This document shows, in pieces, positions 18,740 to 28,740 of a stretch of 64,000 nt of DNA (position 1 is the stretch's first letter; each line of letters starts with the position of its first letter). The stretch spans positions 22,502 to 86,501 of the forward strand of contig CAINOE010000096.1 in the NCBI GenBank assembly GCA_903851415.1. Reading direction: 5' to 3'. Source of the DNA: an uncultured Rhodopila sp. Its GTDB lineage: Bacteria > Pseudomonadota > Alphaproteobacteria > Acetobacterales > Acetobacteraceae. The translations under genes were made by a program, and so were the position numbers. The notes under the pieces are model-generated. The model saw only the letters and a list, made by a program, of their open reading frames with translations, ran no database searches and was not told where the DNA came from.

Positions 18740-19474
18740 CTATTCCGCGGCCATGGCCATCCCGGGGAAGGGCGGCGGGGCGGCGCCGGAGGCGAGATCC
18801 GCCGCCGCAATCGTCAGGGCTTCGATCCGTGCCATCTCCTTCCAACGCTCCGCGGGCGGGAGATCTTTCAGGTCGGCCGTGAGCTCCCCGGCGACCACGG
18901 TCATCGCATCGGCCCAGGCTGAGCGCCGCTGTTGCGCGGCGGATGGGACGGCGGCGGATCGGGGCTCGGACGCCGGAGCCGGGGTGGCCTCCGCCGCCGG
19001 TTCGGCAATCGGAGCCGGGTCCGGCTGGGCCTCGGCCGCTTCGGCGGCGGCCCGGATGCGGGCCTTGGCCTCGTTCACCATCCGCTGCGCTTCGGCGATC
19101 GCGGCTGCGACGGAGTCCTCGGTCTCGCCGGCTTCGACGGTGCGGTTGGCCTGTTCCAATGCATGGCGGTTGCGCTCCCCGGAGCGGTCGAGGCTGTTGG
19201 CGTTGCCGCGCAGCCGCAGCGCCATCGACATCGAGACGTCCTCATACATCGAGAGGCTGAGGGAGCTCAGCGTGGCGATGTCGAACGCGATGACCTTGGC
19301 GGCGGTCCACAGGCTGAGATGGTTGGCGACGCGGTAGGCGCTCAGCGTCTGCGCCGCCGCGGTGTGGGCGAGGCGGATGTCTCCGGCGGTCGACCACAGG
19401 AACATCGGCGTCAGCAAAGCGAGGATGAGGTTCACCAGGTTGGTGTCGGGGGAGGCGGGCGCGGGCTGGGACAT
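18740..19474 (-). CDS. hypothetical protein
   Basis: 244-aa Ala-rich ORF with typical codon usage; no motif recognised. Confidence 0.6.
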   Translation of the reverse strand: MSQPAPASPDTNLVNLILALLTPMFLWSTAGDIRLAHTAAAQTLSAYRVANHLSLWTAAKVIAFDIATLSSLSLSMYEDVSMSMALRLRGNANSLDRSGERNRHALEQANRTVEAGETEDSVAAAIAEAQRMVNEAKARIRAAAEAAEAQPDPAPIAEPAAEATPAPASEPRSAAVPSAAQQRRSAWADAMTVVAGELTADLKDLPPAERWKEMARIEALTIAAADLASGAAPPPFPGMAMAAE

Positions 19475-19658
19475 GGGGCTGTGCTCGGGATGCGGTGCGC
19501 GGTTTCTACCTTCGGTTGCATCCGGTTGTCAAGAATAATTACCTAACGGCGGGACAGAGTTCCTGGCGCGCATGGACCCTCCCCCGGCTTGGCCCTGCCC
19601 GGAACGGTGTTTCCGCTCGATGCGCATGCCGCCGCGGCCTTTGCGGGGCACCCTATGC

Positions 19659-19770
19659 AAGCAAGCTGTTACACGGATTGCCGCCGGAGCAGCGGCACAC
19701 TGCAAGCCGGACTCTTAATTCCTGTCATCCGTGCCCTTAATCGGTGAAAATCCGTGTCACTGCTTTTCTT
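19659..19770. repeat. degenerate copy of the ACACGGAT / ATCCGTGT inverted-repeat element
   Basis: gttacacggatt at 19668-19679 and atccgtgcccttaatcggtgaaaatccgtgtc at 19727-19758 match the arms at 29249-29613. Confidence 0.7.
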
Positions 19771-19795
19771 ACCCGGGCAAGTCATTACCCATTGA

Positions 19796-21082
19796 TCAAT
19801 GCCCCGCCGCATCCAGCACCGGTCGGCTGACCCGAGCGGGCGTGTGCAGGGTCAAAGTCAACAGGGCGCCCACCAGCAGCGCGATCGCCATGAACCCAAA
19901 CGACGCGCTTGACGCTCCCGTCACCCCGTTCAGCCAGCCCACGACATAAGACCCGACAAACGACCCCAGCGCCCCGCAGCAATTGATCAGGGCGATCGCC
20001 CCGCCGGCCACGTTGCGCGGCAGCATCTCGGCGATCATCGCGAAGTAGGGGCCATAGGGCGCATACATCGCGCCGCCGGCCAGAACCAGAAGCCCGTAGC
20101 TCAGCCAATAATTCGACTCGCCAAGCAGATAGGACCCGTAGAACGCAATGGCCCCGATCAGCAGACAGGGCCAGACGAATACCTTCCGCTCGCCCCGCCG
20201 ATCCGAGAAAAACGACGTCGCCACCATAAGGATCGCCGCCGCCAGATACGGACCCGCGGCGAGCCAGCCCACCGAAACGATCGACAGTCCGCTGCCGGTC
20301 TTGAGAATCGACGGCAGCCAGATCACGAACCCGTAAACGCCGATGCTCCAGCAGAAATACTGCATCGCCAGAAGGATTACCGACGGCGTCCGGAACGCCG
20401 CGGCGTAGTTCTTCACCGGCTTGAACGCGCGCTGCTCCTCATCCAGCTTACGTTCCAGCGGCTCACGCTCCGCCGGATCGAGCCACTTCGCCTCCGACGG
20501 CCAGTCCTCCACCATCCGCCGCCAGACGAACGCCCAGAGTATCGGCGGCGCGCCCTCAATGATGAACATGCCGCGCCAGCCGAATGCCTGAACCAGGTAG
20601 CCCGACACCACCGACATCCACAGCACGGTGATCGGGTTGCCGAGAATCAGGAACGTGTTGGCGCGGGATCGCTCGGCCTTGGTGAACCAATGGCTGAGAA
20701 AAATCAGCATGCCCGGCAGCACCACGCTCTCCATCACTCCGAGCGCGAAACGATCGGCGTAGAGCATCCGGATATCGGTCAGCAGTCCCGTCGCGGCGGC
20801 AAAGATCCCCCAAAGGATCAGGCTCCAGAAGATAAGCCGCTTGGCGCTGTACTTCTGCGCATAATACGCAGCCGGCACCTGGAAGAAGAAGTATCCGAGG
20901 AAGAACAGCGCCCCCAGCAGCGATGCAGCCTCCGGCGTGATGAGCAGATCGGTTGCCATCCCGCCGGCAGCCCCGAAGCTGTAATTCGCCCGATCGACGT
21001 AGGCGAGGCTGTAGGTGATGAACGCAATCGGAATGAGCCTTGCCCATCGGCTCGAATAGCGCTGGCGATCGGCTGTCATCAT
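19796..21082 (-). CDS. MFS transporter (ACS / 2-ketogluconate transporter-like)
   Basis: YSLAYVDRANY, FFLGYFFFQVP, WFTKAERSRAN; about 12 TM helices. Confidence 0.88.
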   Translation of the reverse strand: MMTADRQRYSSRWARLIPIAFITYSLAYVDRANYSFGAAGGMATDLLITPEAASLLGALFFLGYFFFQVPAAYYAQKYSAKRLIFWSLILWGIFAAATGLLTDIRMLYADRFALGVMESVVLPGMLIFLSHWFTKAERSRANTFLILGNPITVLWMSVVSGYLVQAFGWRGMFIIEGAPPILWAFVWRRMVEDWPSEAKWLDPAEREPLERKLDEEQRAFKPVKNYAAAFRTPSVILLAMQYFCWSIGVYGFVIWLPSILKTGSGLSIVSVGWLAAGPYLAAAILMVATSFFSDRRGERKVFVWPCLLIGAIAFYGSYLLGESNYWLSYGLLVLAGGAMYAPYGPYFAMIAEMLPRNVAGGAIALINCCGALGSFVGSYVVGWLNGVTGASSASFGFMAIALLVGALLTLTLHTPARVSRPVLDAAGH

Positions 21083-21213
21083 GTCTTTTTTCCCCGGCAA
21101 CCGAAACGCCGCCATCGCGTTGCGGTTGCTTGACCGGCATCCGCGACGCGCCAAAGATCGTCAGAGCCACAGCATTGCCGTGGTGCTGCGCGGCTCACGA
21201 TAGGAGGCTGCCC

Positions 21214-22155
21214 ATGAAGCCTGAGATCCTGCTGCTGGAAGCGATGATGCCGGAACTCGAGGCGAAGCTGGATGCGGCCTATACGGTGCACCGGCCGGAC
21301 ACCGCCCCGGACAAGGCCGCCTTCATCGCCGCCCTCGGTCCTGCGGTCAGAGGCGTCGTCACCGGCGGCGGCATCGGGGTGAGCAACGCCATCGCCGATG
21401 CGCTGCCGAAGCTGGAGATCATCGCCATCAACGGGGTCGGGACCGATGCCGTGGACCTGGCGCGCGCCAGGGCGCACGGCGTCCGGGTCACCAACACGCC
21501 GGACGTGCTGACCGACGATGTGGCGGACCTCGGCATCGCGCTGATGCTGGCGGCATCCCGTCAAATCCCCGCGGGGGACCGTTTCGTGCGCGACGGCAAA
21601 TGGGCCGCGCGCGAAAGCCTGCCTTTGGCGCACAAGGTGACGGGCAAGAAGCTGGGAATCCTCGGCATGGGCCGCATCGGCCGCGCCATCGCCCGGCGCG
21701 CCGAAGGGTTCGGCATGCGGATCGCCTACACGGACATCCGCGCCGCGGACGACCTGCCCTACCGCCATGTTCCGGCGTTGGTGGACCTGGCGCGGGAGTC
21801 GGACATCCTGATCGTCGCGGCTTCCGGCGGGGCGCAATCGCGCGGCATCGTCAACCGGGAGGTCATGGACGCGCTGGGCAAGAACGGCATCCTGGTCAAC
21901 GTCGCCCGCGGCAGCGTGGTGGACGAACCGGCGCTGGTTGCGGCGCTGGTGGCAGGCACGCTGGGCGGCGCCGGGCTGGACGTCTTCGCCGACGAGCCGA
22001 ACGTGCCGCCCGCGTTGCTGACCCTGGGGCACGTCGTGCTCCAGCCGCACCGCGCCAGCGCCACCGTCGAGACGCGCCTCGCTATGGGAGAGCTTGTGCT
22101 CGGCAACCTCGCGGCCCATTTCGCCGGTGAGGCGTTGTTGACGCCCGTGGTCTGA
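21214..22155 (+). CDS. D-isomer specific 2-hydroxyacid dehydrogenase
   Basis: GVGTD, NTPDVLTDDVAD, GMGRIG, NVARG, LDVFADEP, PHRAS; AGGAGG RBS. Confidence 0.92.
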   Translation: MKPEILLLEAMMPELEAKLDAAYTVHRPDTAPDKAAFIAALGPAVRGVVTGGGIGVSNAIADALPKLEIIAINGVGTDAVDLARARAHGVRVTNTPDVLTDDVADLGIALMLAASRQIPAGDRFVRDGKWAARESLPLAHKVTGKKLGILGMGRIGRAIARRAEGFGMRIAYTDIRAADDLPYRHVPALVDLARESDILIVAASGGAQSRGIVNREVMDALGKNGILVNVARGSVVDEPALVAALVAGTLGGAGLDVFADEPNVPPALLTLGHVVLQPHRASATVETRLAMGELVLGNLAAHFAGEALLTPVV

Positions 22156-22182
22156 TCCGGGAATGCATAAGGAAACACAGCA

Positions 22183-22647
22183 ATGACCGAGACGCAGCTT
22201 GCGCCGAACCTGCCGCAGTGGATGAAAGATCACGCGCAGCGCTATTTGCAGAGCGGAGGTACCGAAGGTCATATCTACACTCTCTCGCGGCCCGGCGCAG
22301 ACGATCTGACCGTTCCGTCATTGCTGCTGACGACAACGGGGCGGAAGTCGGGGCAGAGCTACATCTTCCCGCTGTTCTATGGGCGTGACGGCGGCAGTTA
22401 CTTCGTGATCGCCTCCAAGGGCGGCGCGCCGGAGCACCCCGGCTGGTACCGCAATATCCTCGCCAATCCGCTGGTTGGCATTCAGGTGGGCACCGAGACG
22501 CTGCAGGCGCGCGCCCGCACCGCCACCGGCGAGGAGCGGGATCGGCTGTGGCAGCAGGCCGTCGCGTTTTTCCCGCCCTACGCCGACTACGCGGTCAAGG
22601 CGGAGGGGCGCGAGATCCCGGTGGTCGTGCTGGATCCTGTCGGGTAG
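22183..22647 (+). CDS. deazaflavin (F420)-dependent nitroreductase family protein
   Basis: LLLTTTGRKSG, ASKGGAPEHPGWYRN, REIPVVVL. Confidence 0.88.
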   Translation: MTETQLAPNLPQWMKDHAQRYLQSGGTEGHIYTLSRPGADDLTVPSLLLTTTGRKSGQSYIFPLFYGRDGGSYFVIASKGGAPEHPGWYRNILANPLVGIQVGTETLQARARTATGEERDRLWQQAVAFFPPYADYAVKAEGREIPVVVLDPVG

Positions 22648-22976
22648 ACTTAGGCAAACAGGTTTGACGCGTCGATGCCGGACGGTCCTGGCCCGGGTCC
22701 GGCATCCCTCATGAGCAACGCGGAGCTGGCCGCTTGCGACCGTAGTCGTCCTGGTCACGCGGTGCGGCCGATCGGCCGGGATCGGCCGACTCCGGCGATT
22801 CTCGGCACCGTGACCGCACCCTGAAAGCTGCCGCCGGTTGATCCCCTGATTGTCAGCGAAACTGCGGTTATCGCCTGCCGGCACCGGAGGCGACCGTGGT
22901 GCCAGAGGCAAACTTGCACTATCAATCAATGCAGACCACTCAATGGGGGACGGTCAGCAGAGTGAAGGATGACAAG

Positions 22977-24140
22977 ATGTTCCTCAAGAGCATCAGGCTC
23001 ACTAATTTCCTGAGCTACGGAGATGCCGCGCCTGCCATTGAGCTTCGTCCGTTGAACGTGATCATTGGCCCCAATGGCTCGGGCAAGTCCAACCTCATTG
23101 AGGCGATCGAGCTTCTGCGTGCCACGCCGAAAGACCTGCTTACACCCATTCGCGACGGTGGCGGTGTCAGGGACTGGCTTTGGAAGGGCGCATCCACGCT
23201 GCCCGTGGCCACGGTCGAAGCTGTCGTCGATTATCCCAAAGGTCCAATCCCGCTGCGGTATGTCCTGAGCTTTACCGAGGTTGGCCAACGCTTCGAAATC
23301 GTGGATGAAAGGGTCGAGAACGAATTCCCCGGCCCTGGCCAGATGCAGCCCTACTTCTACTACCGCTTCCAGAATGGGCGCCCCGTGCTCAACGTTGGGG
23401 GTTCGCGGCGTTTCCTACAGCACGAAGACATCGACAATGCGGCATCCATCCTTTCGCAGCGCAAGGACCCGGATCAATATCCGGAACTGACCCACCTGGG
23501 CAACGCCTTCGCCAGGATGCGGCCCTACAGGGAATGGAGCTTTGGTCGCTATACGGCTCCACGCCTGCCGCAGAAGGCCGACCTTCCCAACGAGCATCTT
23601 GAGCTGGATTCAAGCAATCTGGGGCTGGTGCTCAACCGTTTGCGACGTGAACAGCCGGTCAAAAGGCGGCTGCTCGAGTCCCTGCGCGTTCTCTACGACG
23701 GTATCGACGATTTTGATGTGCAGATCGAAGGGGGGACCGTGCAGGTGTTCTTCGGCGAAGGGCGCTACACTGTGCCGGCCACCCGTCTCTCCGATGGCAC
23801 GCTGCGCTATCTTTGCCTGCTCGCCATCCTCTGCCACCCCAGCCCGGGACCGCTGGTTTGCATCGAAGAGCCCGAACTCGGCTTGCACCCCGATGTGCTG
23901 CCCACTTTGGCAGCGCTTCTCAAGGAAGCGTCTGAACGGACGCAAGTCATCGTCACGACGCATTCCGATGTTTTGGTGGATGCATTCACCGACGTGCCTG
24001 AGGCTGTTCTGGTGGCGGGGCGGTCAGAGCACGGCACTACGCTCGAGCGGTTGAATGCAGAGAAACTGAGGCCTTGGTTGGAGAAATATCGCCTTGGTCA
24101 GCTTTGGACGCGTGGTGATATTGGGGGCACGCGGTGGTAA
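22977..24140 (+). CDS. AAA/ABC-type ATPase (AAA_21-like)
   Basis: Walker A GPNGSGKSN, LSDGT signature, IEEPELGLHP, TTHS. Confidence 0.88.
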   Translation: MFLKSIRLTNFLSYGDAAPAIELRPLNVIIGPNGSGKSNLIEAIELLRATPKDLLTPIRDGGGVRDWLWKGASTLPVATVEAVVDYPKGPIPLRYVLSFTEVGQRFEIVDERVENEFPGPGQMQPYFYYRFQNGRPVLNVGGSRRFLQHEDIDNAASILSQRKDPDQYPELTHLGNAFARMRPYREWSFGRYTAPRLPQKADLPNEHLELDSSNLGLVLNRLRREQPVKRRLLESLRVLYDGIDDFDVQIEGGTVQVFFGEGRYTVPATRLSDGTLRYLCLLAILCHPSPGPLVCIEEPELGLHPDVLPTLAALLKEASERTQVIVTTHSDVLVDAFTDVPEAVLVAGRSEHGTTLERLNAEKLRPWLEKYRLGQLWTRGDIGGTRW

Positions 24141-24766
24141 GGCTTTACGTGGAAGGCGGTGGAGAAGCGACGACTTTGAAAACTGCGTGCCGCGCAGGCT
24201 TCACGCAGTTCATCACCAGAGCTGGCCTGAAAAATCGGCCGCGTGTCGTGGCCTGCGGAAGCCGGCGCGATGCCTACGAATCCTTTTGTACTGCGATCGC
24301 AAATGGCGAGGACGCCATGCTGCTTGTCGATAGCGAAGCGGCGGTTTCCGGCGATCACAGGCAGGGAGACGATCCGTCCAAATGGCTGCCCTGGTCACAT
24401 CTCGGACAACGCGATGGCGACAATTGGAACAAGCCGAACGGCAGCATGGATACCGACTGCCACCTCATGGTTCAAGTCATGGAGAGTTGGTTCCTGGCAG
24501 ATCGAGACAGTCTGAAAACTTTCTTTGGCAACGGCTTCAAAGAAAACAAGCTTCCTGCGGCAACACGCTCCATCGAAGATGCGGACAAGGCGGATGTATA
24601 CCGCGCGCTGAAAGACGCCACAGACGACTGCAAGACCAAATCATGTTATGGCAAAGGTGAGCATTCGTTCAAGCTGCTGGCCAGGATTGACCCCGCCAGG
24701 ATAGCTGTTGCATCGCTTTGGGCGCAGCGCTTCATCGACGAACTCAAAGCGAGATTGGACGCATGA
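24134..24766 (+). CDS. DUF4276 / RloB-like TOPRIM-fold protein
   Basis: YVEGGG, LVDSE, MESWFLAD, YGKGEHS; overlaps ATPase stop. Confidence 0.75.
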   Translation: MVRLYVEGGGEATTLKTACRAGFTQFITRAGLKNRPRVVACGSRRDAYESFCTAIANGEDAMLLVDSEAAVSGDHRQGDDPSKWLPWSHLGQRDGDNWNKPNGSMDTDCHLMVQVMESWFLADRDSLKTFFGNGFKENKLPAATRSIEDADKADVYRALKDATDDCKTKSCYGKGEHSFKLLARIDPARIAVASLWAQRFIDELKARLDA

Positions 24767-24934
24767 ACGATGTGGTAAGGCGGCCCCCAGCCGCGGCGGC
24801 TGCCCCCGGAATCGGGATGTCAGGCACGCGTTCCCTGGCCCGGCCAGTCATCAACCAGCCTGAATCACTGTGAGGAGGCACGCGCCGTCACCACCGCTGG
24901 CGTCCCGGCGGCCGGTGTGGGAAACAGCGCGCCG

Positions 24935-25906
24935 ATGGACACCGCACGCCCGCTTGTCGTCGACGCGCGAAGCTATTTCCGCCTCGGCGCCCCCACCAGG
25001 ATCGCCGCGACGTTGCGCATCGGGCTGTCCGAGCACTGCCTCGCCCCGTCCCCGGGCGATCTCGACGCGGACTGGCTGGCGAGCGTGGCCGCACCGGCCT
25101 TCCACATCCTCGCCCGCACCCGCCCCGCGGCGCAGCGCCAGAGCTTCCTGTCCATCGGCACCGGCTGCGGGCTGGATGCGCTGGGCGCCGTGGAGATCCT
25201 CGGCTCCAGCATGATCGCCGTGACCGACGTGTTTCCCGACATTATCGCCGCCGCCCGGGCCAATATCGTGGCGAACCTCGCGCGGGGCACGACAATCGCG
25301 CTGACGGCGGAGACCGGCGACCTGCTCGGCCCGCTGGTTCGCAGCCCGCTGCGGTTCGACGTCGTCTACGAGAACCTGCCCAATACGCCCATCGCCGAAG
25401 CCGGGCTTCTGGCCGAGCGGCATACCGCCGCGGGGTTTCTTGGCCCGCGGACCGAGGCGATGCCCGCCTTCGTGCGGCAGCGCCTGCTGGTGCTGCACTA
25501 CCTGGCCTTGCAGCAGGCGCGGCCAATGCTCAACCAGGGCGGCGCGGTGCTGTCCACCATCGGCGCCCGCATCCCGCTGGCAAGCTTCCACGACCTGGCA
25601 GCTTCCGCCGGTTACGCCGCGCGCCTGCTGACGTACGGCTGGAAGAAGCAGGCCGCACCGGAGGAGTACATCCCTGGCTACGTGGCGATGGAACGCGAGG
25701 GTCTCGGTCCTTTCCATTTCTACCGCGTCGCCGATGTCCGTGCCGCCTTTGCCGGTTTGGATGCGGAACAGGCCGGCCGCGACGCGCCCGGCATCGAGGC
25801 CGATCTGACGGGCAGGCGGGTGACGGCGGGGGAGGCGCTGGCGCTGCACCGCTCGGGGACGGAGATCGCCCACACCGCCGTGGCGCTGCTGTCCGAGCCG
25901 GCATGA
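24935..25906 (+). CDS. class I SAM-dependent methyltransferase-like protein
   Basis: SIGTGCGLD, GDLL, FDVVYENLP motifs. Confidence 0.65.
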   Translation: MDTARPLVVDARSYFRLGAPTRIAATLRIGLSEHCLAPSPGDLDADWLASVAAPAFHILARTRPAAQRQSFLSIGTGCGLDALGAVEILGSSMIAVTDVFPDIIAAARANIVANLARGTTIALTAETGDLLGPLVRSPLRFDVVYENLPNTPIAEAGLLAERHTAAGFLGPRTEAMPAFVRQRLLVLHYLALQQARPMLNQGGAVLSTIGARIPLASFHDLAASAGYAARLLTYGWKKQAAPEEYIPGYVAMEREGLGPFHFYRVADVRAAFAGLDAEQAGRDAPGIEADLTGRRVTAGEALALHRSGTEIAHTAVALLSEPA

Positions 25907-26499
25907 CTCCCGACATGAAGGCCCTGGCGCTTCTGGCGCGGCGCTACCTGCGGCGGGGGATCCGCCGGCCGGACGCTGTCGGCGAGGAACTGCGCCGCGT
26001 CGATCCACTGATCGCCCTGGCTGAGACGGCCGCCCCGGCCGCCGCGCCGACGCATCACCCGGCCGTCCGGCATCTCGGCGCCGCGCTCGAGGGCTTTCGC
26101 GACCTCGACGCTTTGGCGGAAAGCGGTCCGCTGCTGCCCTGGCGGCACGGCTACCAGCCGCATCCGTCCCGCCCGGGGCTGGAAGACAGACTGGCCTGGG
26201 TGGAGATCATCGGGCCGGAGGCGCCGCTGCGCTATCCGGGCCTGGGCCTGGGCTTCGTGCTGATCGCCCCGCGCTCGGACTATCCCGCGCATGCCCATCC
26301 GGCGGTGGAGCTGTATCACATCATCTCCGGCCGGGCGCTCTGGACCGCCGGTGAGACTGTCGAGCCGCGCCGGGCCGGCGACTTCATCCTGCACCCGTCC
26401 GGTATCGCCCACGCGATGGCGACGGCGGAGGAGCCGCTGCTGACGATCTACACCTGGACGGGGGATGTGACGTCTCCATCCCGTTTTGTTGTGGGCTGA
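25903..26499 (+). CDS. DMSP lyase family (DddQ-like) cupin protein
   Basis: LPW, EIIGP, YPAHAHPAVELY, H...HAM, YTWTGD; ATGA coupling. Confidence 0.75.
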   Translation: MTPDMKALALLARRYLRRGIRRPDAVGEELRRVDPLIALAETAAPAAAPTHHPAVRHLGAALEGFRDLDALAESGPLLPWRHGYQPHPSRPGLEDRLAWVEIIGPEAPLRYPGLGLGFVLIAPRSDYPAHAHPAVELYHIISGRALWTAGETVEPRRAGDFILHPSGIAHAMATAEEPLLTIYTWTGDVTSPSRFVVG

Positions 26500-26591
26500 C
26501 ATGTCCGTGCGGTGATTGGCTTCTTCGTTCTCCGCAACGACATTGCGGGCGTTGCGATGCACCTCACCCTCGCCGGGAAGTACTGCCGCCC

Positions 26592-28016
26592 GTGAATGAT
26601 ATCTGGCGCGACCTTTTGCACCTCCGGGCCGATGTGACCCTCGCCGTCGGGCTTGTGCTCGCCATCGGCGTCACCGTCCACATCCTGCTCACCAAGCGCG
26701 AAGTCGCCTCCGCCGTCGGCTGGATCGGCCTGGTCTGGTTCGCGCCGATAGCCGGGGCGGTGGCTTACGCGGTCTTGGGCGTCAACCGGGTGAAACGCCG
26801 CGCCCGGCAGCTCCGCCCGCAGGAGGCCGAGACCGAGGCGTCCTCCGAGGCAATCCCGGGCGGGTCCGGAACCTATCTGGACTCCTTGCAGCGCGGCATC
26901 GGCCGCATCACCGGGCGTCCGCTGCTGGCCGGGACGACGTGGCAGGCTTTCCGGAATGGCGACGAAGCCTATCCGCCGATGCTGGAGGCAATCGCCGCGG
27001 CGCAGCGCAGCATCGGCCTGTCGTCCTACATCTTCCGCAACGACCGCTGGGGCGGTCGATTTATCGGCGCCCTGACGGAGGCCAACGCCCGCGGCGTCGC
27101 GGTCCGCGTGCTGATCGACGGCATCGGCGGCGGCTGGGTGCTGTCCCGCGCGTATCACCGGTTGCGGCGCAACGGCGTCACCGCCGCCCGCTTCATGCAC
27201 TCGCCGCTGCCCTGGCGGATGCCGTTCCTCAACCTGCGCTCGCACAAGAAGATCCTGGTGATCGACGGGGCGGTCGCTTTCACCGGCGGCATGAACATCG
27301 CGGACGAGAACGTCATGGCCACCCGCCCGCGGCACCCGGTGCAGGATCTGCACTTCCGCATCGAGGGTCCGGTCGTCGCCCAACTCGCAGAGGCGTTCGC
27401 CGACGACTGGGACTTCGCCACCGGCGAGGATCTTGACGACGCGGTCTGGTCGCCGGCGATTGCCTCCCGCAGCGGCGCGGCGGCGCGGGTGATCGATTCC
27501 GGGCCGGACGAGGACATCCAGAAGGTGGAGTTCGCCGCGCTGCAGGCTGTCGGCTGCGCCCGTTCCAGCATCGCGGTGATGACGCCGTATTTCCTGCCGG
27601 ACGAGCGGATGAACACCGCGCTTTCGCTCGCCGCGATGCGGGGGGTGGCGGTCGATGTGATCATCCCGCGCAAGGGCAACCATACGATGGTGAATTGGGC
27701 GACCCGGGCCAATGTCGGGCCGGCGCTGGCGGAGGGCGTGCGAATCTGGCGCAGTCCGCCACCCTTCCATCACACCAAAATAATGGTTGTAGACAACGAA
27801 TGGTGCCTTATTGGAAGTTGCAACTGGGACATCCGCTCCTTCCGGCTGAACTTCGAGTTGTGCCTGGAGGTCTATGACAGCGATTTGGCGGCGACTCTTT
27901 CGGCGATCATGCAGCGCGCGAGAGGCGAGGCACTGACGCTGGCGGAGATTGAGTCTCGTTCGCTGCCGATCCGGCTGCGCGACGCGGGCGCGCGTCTGAT
28001 GCTTCCATACCTGTGA
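26592..28016 (+). CDS. cls: cardiolipin synthase (phospholipase D family)
   Basis: Two N-terminal TM helices, two HKD motifs (HKKILVID, HTKIMVVD), RSFRLNFE. Confidence 0.9.
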   Translation: MNDIWRDLLHLRADVTLAVGLVLAIGVTVHILLTKREVASAVGWIGLVWFAPIAGAVAYAVLGVNRVKRRARQLRPQEAETEASSEAIPGGSGTYLDSLQRGIGRITGRPLLAGTTWQAFRNGDEAYPPMLEAIAAAQRSIGLSSYIFRNDRWGGRFIGALTEANARGVAVRVLIDGIGGGWVLSRAYHRLRRNGVTAARFMHSPLPWRMPFLNLRSHKKILVIDGAVAFTGGMNIADENVMATRPRHPVQDLHFRIEGPVVAQLAEAFADDWDFATGEDLDDAVWSPAIASRSGAAARVIDSGPDEDIQKVEFAALQAVGCARSSIAVMTPYFLPDERMNTALSLAAMRGVAVDVIIPRKGNHTMVNWATRANVGPALAEGVRIWRSPPPFHHTKIMVVDNEWCLIGSCNWDIRSFRLNFELCLEVYDSDLAATLSAIMQRARGEALTLAEIESRSLPIRLRDAGARLMLPYL

Positions 28017-28095
28017 ATGAGTCCCTGGCCGGGAGAACAGCCATGCAGACTTCACGGTTGCGTTTTTTGCGGGATTGCTCCATTCACTCTTTGAA

Positions 28096-28740
28096 ATGAT
28101 AAAAGTCATCAGTTGGAACTTGCTCCGCCTGACGGGGGCATCGCTCGGCGATGTCGTCCGGCTCATCAGGCGGGAGCATCCCGACCTTCTGCTGATGCAG
28201 GAGGTCACGCAGGAGATGGACGGGCTGACCCGCGTGGTGGGCGGCCAGTACCAGCGCGACCTGCTGCCGGGCCGGGTGCACGGCCTGGGGGTCTGGAGTC
28301 CGACGCCGCTGCCCGCCTGGCCGCTGGTGCTGCCGCTGCAGTCGGGCGCGATGTTCAACCGGGTCTGCCAGATCATCGACCTCGGCACCATCACGATCGC
28401 CAACGTGCATCTGTCGCACGGCCAGATCCTGAACCGGCGGCAACTGCGGCGGATCGCCTCGGTGCTGCCGTATCGCGCCGCGGTGCTGGGCGACTACAAC
28501 CTGATTGGCCCGGCGCTGCTGCCGGGTTTTCGCGATGCCGGACCGCGCGAGCACACCCATATCGCCGGCGACATGGTTCCGCTGCGGATCGACCGCTGCC
28601 TGATCCGCGGCGTGGCCTGCCTGGAGGCGAAGGCATTGCTGCGCGAGACGTCGGATCACCGCCCGATAGTCGTGAGCCTGAATGTCATGCCGCATTACCG
28701 GGCGGCGGACGCCGAACCGGCGATGGGGATCGTGGCGTAA
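28096..28740 (+). CDS. endonuclease/exonuclease/phosphatase family protein
   Basis: ISWN, LMQE, NVHL, GDYN, IDR, SDHRP. Confidence 0.85.
   Translation: MIKVISWNLLRLTGASLGDVVRLIRREHPDLLLMQEVTQEMDGLTRVVGGQYQRDLLPGRVHGLGVWSPTPLPAWPLVLPLQSGAMFNRVCQIIDLGTITIANVHLSHGQILNRRQLRRIASVLPYRAAVLGDYNLIGPALLPGFRDAGPREHTHIAGDMVPLRIDRCLIRGVACLEAKALLRETSDHRPIVVSLNVMPHYRAADAEPAMGIVA

Noticed and set aside
24767-24934. SAM or SAH riboswitch upstream of the methyltransferase
   Set aside because: No match to the SAM-II, SAM-SAH or SAH consensus features that I could verify by eye.
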